From positions 30,091 through 94,090 of IMG/VR virus record IMGVR_UViG_3300009502_000026: 64,000 nt of DNA, one strand, 5' to 3'. The notes under the pieces were generated by a model. That model did not search any database. It had not been told where the DNA came from and worked only from the letters and a program-made list of their open reading frames with translations. Shown piece by piece: positions 29,614 through 37,108 of the stretch. The position numbers and the translations under genes are program-made. Position 1 is the first letter of the stretch, and the number at the start of each line of letters is the position of its first letter. The stretch comes from a virus.

Positions 29614-30402
29614 CTACTCAGTGGTCAGAGAAAACCCCACAGGAATATCAGTGATATCAGTGATAGCCCCACCATGCCAAACAAAGTGGAAAGGTCCGGC
29701 TCCATAGGTATCTTCCCCAAGACACTTCTCGGTGATAGCCTTGGCATCACCCAAACCCATCCCAGAGACAGTTCGAACGAATTTGATGTAAGTGATCTTG
29801 TTGTGATGAACACTACCATCAAGGGTCTGTGCAGGATTCAAGTGACACAAGAGTCCAGTATCACCACGCTTCCTCTTGGGAAGCGGTGCTGAAATCACAA
29901 GATCAGGGGCTACAGGTGAGAATGACTGTGCTAGAACAGGGGTGCCCACATTAAGGGTACCCGGTACACCCTCTGGTCCCGTCATTCCTTGAGAACCCTT
30001 GGGCCCTGGAGGTCCCGCCACACCTTGAGGACCCTTGGGTCCAGGAGGTCCAGGGGGTCCCTTGAAGTTCTTGGTATTGATCAGGATAGCCAGATTGTCG
30101 AGCTTGGTTTCCAGTGCCCTCTGTTGGGTCTGGACAGCCTCCACCACCCCAACCATCCGGTCCACGGTACGAAGGATCAGCAAGGTCTCATCATGCCGAG
30201 AACTCAATGCCTCGGTAACCAAAGCCTCCAGAGTCTCCAACTGAGCCTGAAGAGTTACCCAGTGAGGGTCTTCCTTGAGTGTGACATTCGTTTCAGATGT
30301 TACACTAGGATTAGCAGCATTATCCTCAATATCCAGAAGTCTGAGAGCCACATCACCGGGTAGGTTAGAGTGTAGGATGGCAGGGATATCCTTTGGGTCC
30401 AC
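29614..30402 (-). CDS. Coiled-coil + collagen-like + ribosomal L7/L12 C-terminal-like domain protein
   Basis: GPPGPPGPKGPQ tract; NKITYIKFVRTVSGMGLGDAKAITE matches the L7/L12 CTD pattern KIxxIKxVRxxxGxGLxxAK. Confidence 0.7.
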   Translation of the reverse strand: MDPKDIPAILHSNLPGDVALRLLDIEDNAANPSVTSETNVTLKEDPHWVTLQAQLETLEALVTEALSSRHDETLLILRTVDRMVGVVEAVQTQQRALETKLDNLAILINTKNFKGPPGPPGPKGPQGVAGPPGPKGSQGMTGPEGVPGTLNVGTPVLAQSFSPVAPDLVISAPLPKRKRGDTGLLCHLNPAQTLDGSVHHNKITYIKFVRTVSGMGLGDAKAITEKCLGEDTYGAGPFHFVWHGGAITDITDIPVGFSLTTE

Positions 30403-30406
30403 ACCT

Positions 30407-30446
30407 TACTTACGGCATGGACCTGGAATCTTAACCCAAAATCGTA
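30407..30446 (-). promoter_or_regulatory. Putative promoter, class A
   Basis: TACGATTTTGGGTTAAG-N16-GTAAGTA-AGGT-GTG, matching 286..325. Confidence 0.6.
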
Positions 30447-30464
30447 GGGACTACAGGTAGGTGT

Positions 30465-30647
30465 TTAGTCTACACTAGCATCCACCACGTCAATGCTCGG
30501 GAGCACATCCACCGGAACCGGGGGGGCATCCTGGGCATCCGTGGCATCCACCTGGGCATCCGTGGCATCCACGGTAGCATCGGTAGTGTCAGGAGTTTCG
30601 GAACAGCCGAGGGAGAGGACAACTAGGGTGAAGAGAAAGTACTTCAT
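30465..30647 (-). CDS. Small acidic lipoprotein
   Basis: Signal peptide with lipobox LSLG-C, followed by an Asp/Ala-rich tail with a 21-bp duplication (VDATDAQ x2, 30531..30572). Confidence 0.7.
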   Translation of the reverse strand: MKYFLFTLVVLSLGCSETPDTTDATVDATDAQVDATDAQDAPPVPVDVLPSIDVVDASVD

Positions 30648-30760
30648 GCCCCAAGGTGTAGAACAGGCAGACTATTGGTGCAACCCGAATCTGAGAGGGA
30701 GATACCGATTTCTCAGTGACCGTACATAGGATGTCTACTTTTGAAGACTCCACCCCTTCA

Positions 30761-31405
30761 CTAATGTCCCTGACCCCAAGGGGTCACATATAGAGGTTTA
30801 CCATCCCACTTATGGACACTTACAACAGAATTGATCCTAGCACCCCCGGGTCCTGGGGCTTTTCGGATGACAGGTCCAACATACTTCCCCGGAACAGGCA
30901 TCACATGATCATCACTGACAGACTTTTGAGCAATCTCACGAAGTTCTACCATCTTTGGAGAGGGCAAACCTACAACCTCATAAGTATCAGTCTGTGTTTG
31001 ATCATAGCCCCAGGAACCAACCAGGATGTCCCCCACTTGAAGGCCATGCTGGAAGTTCTTTCTGGCATCTACCTGCTCTTGCTTGTAAGCTAGAGTCTTC
31101 TTTCGGTCATCAATCGTATCCTGGATGTACTTGTCTCTGGGTGTCTCACCCATGAAGCTGTTGTACCACAAAGGCTTCTGAGACTTACCCATGAAGGCAA
31201 CCGCACCGGGCTTACCCCTGGGAGTGATATAGGTATAGATTTCCAGATCCGTTCCCTGTGTATCCACAGAGACAGCATCCTTTGGGACATAGATACTATG
31301 GGGCACAGGCACCCTTCGCATAGCCTTCTTCAGGAGAGGAAGAATCCTGTGACGAAGCTCAGGCTTCTCATGGGCTAGCTTGACGAGTCGGGTACAGAGG
31401 GTCAT
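30761..31405 (-). CDS. Tagged hypothetical protein (SWGYDQT domain)
   Basis: N-terminal MTLCTRLVKLAHEKPELRHRILPLLKKA; later VGDILVGSWGYDQT. Confidence 0.75.
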   Translation of the reverse strand: MTLCTRLVKLAHEKPELRHRILPLLKKAMRRVPVPHSIYVPKDAVSVDTQGTDLEIYTYITPRGKPGAVAFMGKSQKPLWYNSFMGETPRDKYIQDTIDDRKKTLAYKQEQVDARKNFQHGLQVGDILVGSWGYDQTQTDTYEVVGLPSPKMVELREIAQKSVSDDHVMPVPGKYVGPVIRKAPGPGGARINSVVSVHKWDGKPLYVTPWGQGH

Positions 31406-31441
31406 TGGAATTCCTTCATGGAATATGAGGCTAGAGACTAT

Positions 31442-31903
31442 CTACCGTGAAAGGGTCTCAACCAGAGCAGTCCACAGTGGATACCTGTGTTTCACATCCC
31501 CATCAGTATGATAACTGGCAAAACTATCGGCAAAAGCTTCTTCCATGTTGTGTTGACCAAATGGAAGTGTGGATGTCTCCCAAGGATTGATACCCAACGC
31601 TTCGGCTGACTCTATCAGATTCGAAAGACCAGCCTCGGATTCTACATGGTGCCCAAACTCATGGGTGAGAACAAAATCCTGGACAACTGAGGGCAACTCC
31701 CAGAACTTTGGGTAAAGCTCGATTCCCTTAGATGTGTACCTAGCTTCGGGATGACTGCCAGCCCCAGGATGGTCAATCTTTGTAATCCTCACCCTTGAAT
31801 ACTTACGAAGGGCAGAATGACGGGTGAAATACTTCTTCAGCCATGTCTCAAGATTGACTTCACGAAGAGCCCACAGAAATCTGGTTGCTACTCTGGTGTG
31901 CAT
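31442..31903 (-). CDS. Zincin-like metallopeptidase
   Basis: LTHEFGHHV plus EEAFADSFA (third ligand). Confidence 0.75.
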   Translation of the reverse strand: MHTRVATRFLWALREVNLETWLKKYFTRHSALRKYSRVRITKIDHPGAGSHPEARYTSKGIELYPKFWELPSVVQDFVLTHEFGHHVESEAGLSNLIESAEALGINPWETSTLPFGQHNMEEAFADSFASYHTDGDVKHRYPLWTALVETLSR

Positions 31904-32284
31904 TTATCTTGCCCTTGTGTAAGAGCCTAACATGATCTTACTGACTTCTTTCAAGTCCAATCCAGGATTCAGACTTCCCAGCCGTACCCAGATTCTCCCA
32001 TAGGCACCCTGAAGCCATCTCTTGAGGTCTTCATCGGAAACACCTAACCGCTTTGCAGTAGCTCCCGCAGATACCGCTAGAATCTCGGCTCTCTCGGCTG
32101 CAATGGCTGTCTTGTCACCACCCTTTGCCCGTGCCATCTCATCAGCTTGACCAAACATCCTAATAACCATGGCATCCAGCTTCTCTACCAAAAGATTACC
32201 TGCCTCTTTCAACATAGGGAGTAGGTGGGGTCGGAGAGAAGGCTCATTGTGGGCAAGTCGAATAATCTTGGAACGGAGAGTCAT
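31904..32284 (-). CDS. Tagged hypothetical protein
   Basis: MTLRSKIIRLAHNEPSLRPHLLPMLKEA; class B motif at 32307..32319. Confidence 0.78.
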   Translation of the reverse strand: MTLRSKIIRLAHNEPSLRPHLLPMLKEAGNLLVEKLDAMVIRMFGQADEMARAKGGDKTAIAAERAEILAVSAGATAKRLGVSDEDLKRWLQGAYGRIWVRLGSLNPGLDLKEVSKIMLGSYTRAR

Positions 32285-32327
32285 AGAACCTCAACGATTG
32301 ACAGAGATAGGGCAACTAGGGTAAGGT

Positions 32328-32888
32328 ATGACTATGAGCATTCTACTCCTCCAGGCAAACCCTGACCACACTTCATCTTTCAGCTATGTGATGTGTGATT
32401 CCATCCACCTACAGGGAATGAATGCCAGAATCTCTGTAAGAGAAGATGACAGTATAGTAGTCTGTTGGAGGTCTGGCACTGAGAAGCTACATCTAGTCCT
32501 GAGAGGGGACAACAATGTAGAGTGCCTGTCTGACAAGAATGTGTCGGAGGTAACAGGTCCCATAGAAGTCCTGGGTGTCCTTACCAGGGTCACCATTGGG
32601 GGAACCTGCATCCTACTCCATGACCACATAGCCCGTAGGACTCACGGGATTCTCGTCTTCAAAGACCCTGATAACTTTGACTCCAAGGGTCTAGTCATCA
32701 GAGCTTTCAGAGATGCTTGCCAAGGGCCCTTCAAGTTCTATGAGAGTGCCCTGTCTCCCCCTCCATACAACAGGCAGGAACTCAATCGGGCTCTGGAGGC
32801 TTGGTTGACCAAGCCTTCCAACCTTGAGGACCAAGCTCCGAAGGTAGTCAGTACCCTGAAGAGTGCATGGGAGACAAGTAGGGCCTGA
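32328..32888 (+). CDS. Hypothetical protein
   Basis: 186-aa ORF filling the gap between minus-strand genes. Confidence 0.6.
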   Translation: MTMSILLLQANPDHTSSFSYVMCDSIHLQGMNARISVREDDSIVVCWRSGTEKLHLVLRGDNNVECLSDKNVSEVTGPIEVLGVLTRVTIGGTCILLHDHIARRTHGILVFKDPDNFDSKGLVIRAFRDACQGPFKFYESALSPPPYNRQELNRALEAWLTKPSNLEDQAPKVVSTLKSAWETSRA

Positions 32889-32894
32889 TGGAGA

Positions 32895-33746
32895 CTAACC
32901 TGTAGGTGTGGATTGCAGCAAATCCAACAGTCCGGTCGATTCTGTAAAAGGTCCGTAGTACCCTACATATTCATATCTAGGTTGGGTACTTCTCCCTTGT
33001 GAGGGAGTATGGTGCATCTCGGATTGCTTCAGCACATAGTCCCACAGTAAGTGCAATGTTCCGGGGTTGCACACCAAGACAGCAACCCCATCGGGTATCG
33101 CTTTATTCTTCACCCAATCATACATCAGCGACCAATCTTCCAAGTCCCACTTTGTTGACCCGTAGCCTGCTGTCTCTGGATAAGGAGAGTCCAGGTACAC
33201 CAAGTCCCCTGGACGGGACCTGCTAACCGTCTCTTTCCAATTACCCCGAACATACTCCTCACAACCCCAGCCGGAACCATAAGACTCCTGCAAGCGTCTT
33301 AGCAAGAAGTAGGGGTCCCCACCATTCCTGGCTGTGTTGATTGGGGTTGCAAAAGAACCGTCATCATTGGTCTGCCATCTATTCCCCCAAGCTGAATAAA
33401 GGCACACCATGAATCGAAGTGCTTTGTCCCTATCGGACAAACCATCAAAGTCTACATCTTTCAAGTCACGGTAGTACTGGATACGTTCAGGGGTGACATC
33501 TTCCAAAGTGGGTGCCTGCACCCTCCCCATAAGCCAATACTCTTGGGCTGACATCAACCAAGGATTCAGGTCACCTACAATCTGTGGGGTACTTGGAAAT
33601 AGACTGCGGACATAACGGGAAACTACCCCTGAACCCACAAAGGGTTCAATCCATCTACCAGACCCTCCCCAACCAAGGATGTAGTGCTCTAAGACAGACA
33701 GCATCCTAGTCTTTGCCCCGTTCCAGGGAAAGGGTGGGGGTTTCAT
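32895..33746 (-). CDS. Dam-like (alpha/D12 class) DNA adenine methyltransferase
   Basis: PFPWNGAK...IEPFVGSG...GDLNP...VYLDSPY. ATG 33746 is preferred as start. Confidence 0.85.
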   Translation of the reverse strand: MKPPPFPWNGAKTRMLSVLEHYILGWGGSGRWIEPFVGSGVVSRYVRSLFPSTPQIVGDLNPWLMSAQEYWLMGRVQAPTLEDVTPERIQYYRDLKDVDFDGLSDRDKALRFMVCLYSAWGNRWQTNDDGSFATPINTARNGGDPYFLLRRLQESYGSGWGCEEYVRGNWKETVSRSRPGDLVYLDSPYPETAGYGSTKWDLEDWSLMYDWVKNKAIPDGVAVLVCNPGTLHLLWDYVLKQSEMHHTPSQGRSTQPRYEYVGYYGPFTESTGLLDLLQSTPTG

Positions 33747-33777
33747 GTTCTGTACAGTACCCTGGAACCCCAAATAG

Positions 33778-33814
33778 CCGGGAGCCCGGCTCCTTTTGAG
33801 AACCGGGCTTCCGG
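33778..33814 (-). terminator. GC-rich hairpin after the major capsid gene
   Basis: Minus strand CCGGAAGCCCGGTTCT-CAAAA-GGAGCCGGGCTCCCGG, followed by a weak T-tract (CTATTT). Confidence 0.6.
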
Positions 33815-33856
33815 GGGGTTCTACTCAGTTAGAGAAACTAGGCAGGTATTCCGCTA

Positions 33857-34735
33857 TCAGCGGGTTACCGTGAGCCTTACGAGGCCCCTGGGGTTGTACG
33901 CCCCAATACCCAAATTCTCAAACACCGAGAAGCCGATGGTGCGTGCCTTGGGGTCGTCTGCGGAGAGGACCGTGAGCTCAGTGCGGACGGGAATCCGGCC
34001 GAACATCTCGGGTTCGCAGCAAACGTAGATCGTTCCAACCGGAACGAGCCTGGAAGTGATGATCTGGGCTCCCCAGAGAGTGGCCTGGAGGCCAGTCTTC
34101 AGGAGAGTTGCCTGACTCTCGATATCCAGGATGTCACGGCCGAACTTCCTCACGTCGGCGTAATCCCTTGCGTTCATGTAAACACGGGCAACCCGGAGGT
34201 CGTGCCGCTCGATGAGTGCAAAGGCATCAGCCAGAACCGCACCATTGACCGGAGCGATGACCGGCACGTCAGGGTTCGTCCCACCGGGGAGGGAATCGAA
34301 GCCGTTGACTGCGATGGCATCGAGAACTGCGAAGACTCTCTCGTCTTCCGCAGCCTGGATCTGGGCACGGGCAAGATCCTGAGCCCGCTCGATCAGGTCA
34401 AAGCGACGTTCTTTGATCTGGGTGAGAGGAATCTCAGGGTTCGAAGCGACTTCGAACAACGGAAAGATCACCCTACGGGGCTTGGTGATTGCGAGGATGT
34501 TCTCCCCTTCTTCACCTACCACGTATGCGGTCACATCCGGGTCCTTGTCGTAGATCGGGAGCGCACCATCAGGAAGCTGCTCAACCAAGAAGGTCTTGCG
34601 GCCGACTGCGGTGTAGTCACGACGAGTACGAAGGGGCTGGGTCATGGAAGCAGCAAGCTTCGCACGGCCAGTTGCCGTCTTCAGGTACTCAGAGATGATC
34701 TGCTGCTTGACAGCGTTGCTTACGGGGGTAGTCAT
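33857..34735 (-). CDS. Major capsid protein (HK97 fold)
   Basis: Follows protease, scaffold and decoration genes; strongly biased codons; motifs LPDGALPIYD, PLFEVASNPEI, IQAAEDERVF and FENLGIGAYNP. Confidence 0.88.
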   Translation of the reverse strand: MTTPVSNAVKQQIISEYLKTATGRAKLAASMTQPLRTRRDYTAVGRKTFLVEQLPDGALPIYDKDPDVTAYVVGEEGENILAITKPRRVIFPLFEVASNPEIPLTQIKERRFDLIERAQDLARAQIQAAEDERVFAVLDAIAVNGFDSLPGGTNPDVPVIAPVNGAVLADAFALIERHDLRVARVYMNARDYADVRKFGRDILDIESQATLLKTGLQATLWGAQIITSRLVPVGTIYVCCEPEMFGRIPVRTELTVLSADDPKARTIGFSVFENLGIGAYNPRGLVRLTVTR

Positions 34736-34758
34736 TGTACTTTCTCCTCTTCCTATTC

Positions 34759-35472
34759 CTAGACCCTCTGGTCGTAGATCATCTCAGGAAGAGCCGTATC
34801 GGCAACGACCTTCAGGATACCCAAGGGGGTAGACATGGGCAAAGTAGCACCATCAACCGGGAGATTCACACCGTTGGTGACTTCCAGGGAGAAGTCTGCA
34901 ATGTCCATCGTGACGAGTGCTGCCGCTGCCGTATTCAGAGTCCTACGGGGCATCAGGTACCCGTTACACGAAGCGATGAGCACGTTGCCCACCATGTACC
35001 GGATGGTGTCGCCCTGAGCACCACCAGCTACCGCTGCGAGAATCTGTGTCTCGTAGAGGGAGTTCCCGTAGCAACCCAGGCTAGACACATAGGGTGCCTT
35101 GCCGGATGCCGCAGCCGGGATATTCTCGTAGGCATTGCCTACTGCTGTGTTGATGAAGACACCAACGGGACGCACCATCTCAGCCTGGAGGGCTGTGATG
35201 CCTGAAACTGCGACGGTGACCGGGCCACCAACGTAGTTGCTACCGACATCGGGGCGCATGAACGCTACCGAGCCAGAGAGAATCCCACGAGTCGTGGGCT
35301 TCATTCCAACTGCAAGGGAGATCGTCCCCGCAGCCGTAACGATGGGTGGATTCGTCTGAGTGAAACCATCGGGGGTCAGGGCACATACGGTGTTACGAAC
35401 ACCAACGTGCAGGAGCCTGAGAGCCGAAGAAGACTCAGTAAACCCACCGCTTGCCTGTCCAATCATCGGCAT
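34759..35472 (-). CDS. Putative capsid decoration/minor capsid protein
   Basis: Immediately upstream of the MCP; RPVGVFIN...AASGKAPYV...YET. Confidence 0.7.
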   Translation of the reverse strand: MPMIGQASGGFTESSSALRLLHVGVRNTVCALTPDGFTQTNPPIVTAAGTISLAVGMKPTTRGILSGSVAFMRPDVGSNYVGGPVTVAVSGITALQAEMVRPVGVFINTAVGNAYENIPAAASGKAPYVSSLGCYGNSLYETQILAAVAGGAQGDTIRYMVGNVLIASCNGYLMPRRTLNTAAAALVTMDIADFSLEVTNGVNLPVDGATLPMSTPLGILKVVADTALPEMIYDQRV

Positions 35473-35490
35473 GACCAGTCTCCTTGCCTT

Positions 35491-35573
35491 TGATCCCTGT
35501 TTCCAGGATCAGCGGTGATTCAGGTTCGTCAATCACCATGATTGCGAACACCTGAAGTGGGAGTACAACTCCC
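35491..35573 (-). other. Structured 5' leader (three hairpins) of the decoration-MCP transcript
   Basis: Stems at 35491..35511, 35519..35556 and 35559..35573, downstream of a class B-like motif at 35593..35605. Confidence 0.45.
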
Positions 35574-35704
35574 GTAGTGACTAGGTGAGGTTATGTAATG
35601 ACTATTGAGAGAAATCGACAACGAGGTCGAAAAAACGATCAGGGATGGTGAGGGGGTTGGAAAGGGAGCGGGAAGGGCTGGGTGTCTATAGAGACACCAA
35701 GAGA

Positions 35705-37024
35705 CTAGCGTCCGAAGACTTCACTCACGTCCGGGGCAGATTCCCAGAGCTTGGAAAGTTCGTCCACTTCGTTCTTGCCAGAAGCCGTCTTGGCAACCGC
35801 ACCCAGGGTCTTGGGACCTGTGGAAGGCTTGCGGGGCTGGGGACGGAGGGCTGCTTCCTTCTTGGAAGCATCCTTGTCCTCTTCGGGCTCGGGCTCGGGC
35901 TCGGTCTTCTCTTCGGGCTCTTCGGCTGCCTTCTTCTCCTCGGGCTCAGGCTCACCCTCGGGCTTCTCTTCACCGGCACACTTGGGGGTACCCATGCCGT
36001 ACAGAGCAAGAAGGTCGTCCTCAGTGGGCTCTACGTCCATGAGGCCCATCGGGTCGGCATCCACACCACAAGCTACAGGAGCCATCGGGGCTTCAATGCT
36101 TGCTACGGGAGCGGGGGGGGGAATAGGAGCCGCTACCGGGACGGGCTTCTCTTCCGTCATCTCGGCAAGCATCTGCTTCTCCTCTACCGTGAGGCCCTCA
36201 TCTTCAGTCTGGGGAGCCTGCTCTTCGGCCAGCATTGCTGCCAGCATCTTCTCTGCCGCTTCGTCCTCATCTACTGCCGCTGCCGCTGCCATTGGAGGAA
36301 CGGCAGGAGCCTCCCCACCACTAGTGGGGCCCATCGGTGCGTTCTGGTCACTCTTCTTGGAGGAGAAGATACCACTGGCAAAGGACTCACCCATGCCCAT
36401 CACTACATCCTGACGGGTAATGAGGCCATCCCCATCCGTGTCAAGAGCGGCGAAGATTTCAGGGGACCCTGCCCACTCATCAATGGAAATGACATCATCG
36501 AGGTTGATGTCATACACGTCGAAAGGGCCGTGTGCTTCCTTTGCTTCGGGCTTCTTCTCTTCGGGCTTGTCTTCGGACTTGTCTTCGGGCTTGTCATCAC
36601 CAGCAAGGAACGAAGTCGAGATCCGGGCCAATGCTGCCTGAATCTGACGCTCCGAGAGGTTCATGAAGTCAAGGGCCTGATCTTCAACCATCGAGGCAGT
36701 TGCCTTGCGGCCGAGCATAGACTGAGCCATCTGGATACACTTGGAAGCCTTGCGTTCCATTGCAGCCCGCATCTCCATGGCCGCACGCTTCGCTGCCGGA
36801 TGAGTCGGAGCTTCCTGGTAGCCGGGCATAGCCGGGGCTTCACTCTGCTTGTACGGTCCCTTGGTAGGGTCCTCTGCCCATGCAGACGTATCACCATTCT
36901 TGTAGTCATCCTTGCCGGGATCAGCAGGAGGAGCCGCTGGGTGAGTGGGCTTCTCCTGGTAACCGGGGATAGCAGGGGGATCAGAAGCGGTGCGGTCGGT
37001 CCAGGTAGTACGCTGACGGGTCAT
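35705..37024 (-). CDS. Putative scaffolding/head-core protein with an EF-hand pair
   Basis: Acidic, Pro/Ala-rich, between protease and MCP; loops DINLDDVISIDE and DTDGDGLITRQD. Confidence 0.75.
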   Translation of the reverse strand: MTRQRTTWTDRTASDPPAIPGYQEKPTHPAAPPADPGKDDYKNGDTSAWAEDPTKGPYKQSEAPAMPGYQEAPTHPAAKRAAMEMRAAMERKASKCIQMAQSMLGRKATASMVEDQALDFMNLSERQIQAALARISTSFLAGDDKPEDKSEDKPEEKKPEAKEAHGPFDVYDINLDDVISIDEWAGSPEIFAALDTDGDGLITRQDVVMGMGESFASGIFSSKKSDQNAPMGPTSGGEAPAVPPMAAAAAVDEDEAAEKMLAAMLAEEQAPQTEDEGLTVEEKQMLAEMTEEKPVPVAAPIPPPAPVASIEAPMAPVACGVDADPMGLMDVEPTEDDLLALYGMGTPKCAGEEKPEGEPEPEEKKAAEEPEEKTEPEPEPEEDKDASKKEAALRPQPRKPSTGPKTLGAVAKTASGKNEVDELSKLWESAPDVSEVFGR

Positions 37025-37108
37025 TGGAAACTCCTTGGGTGAACGAGAGGCAGTTTGACTGCCACAGGGTAGTCATTGGAATAGGGCCGATATTCACATT
37101 CAAGTGAA

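Noticed and set aside
25642-34735. Bacterial encapsulin operon (HK97-fold shell plus ferritin-like cargo)
   Set aside because: The shell gene sits in a full phage head module with terminase, portal, protease and scaffold. The parallel is kept only as an analogy.
35645-37042. 465-aa plus-strand ORF and other long antisense ORFs (e.g. 8580..9518, 49773..50693, 18734..19411)
   Set aside because: They are shadows of codon-biased minus-strand genes, with no RBS or recognisable motifs.
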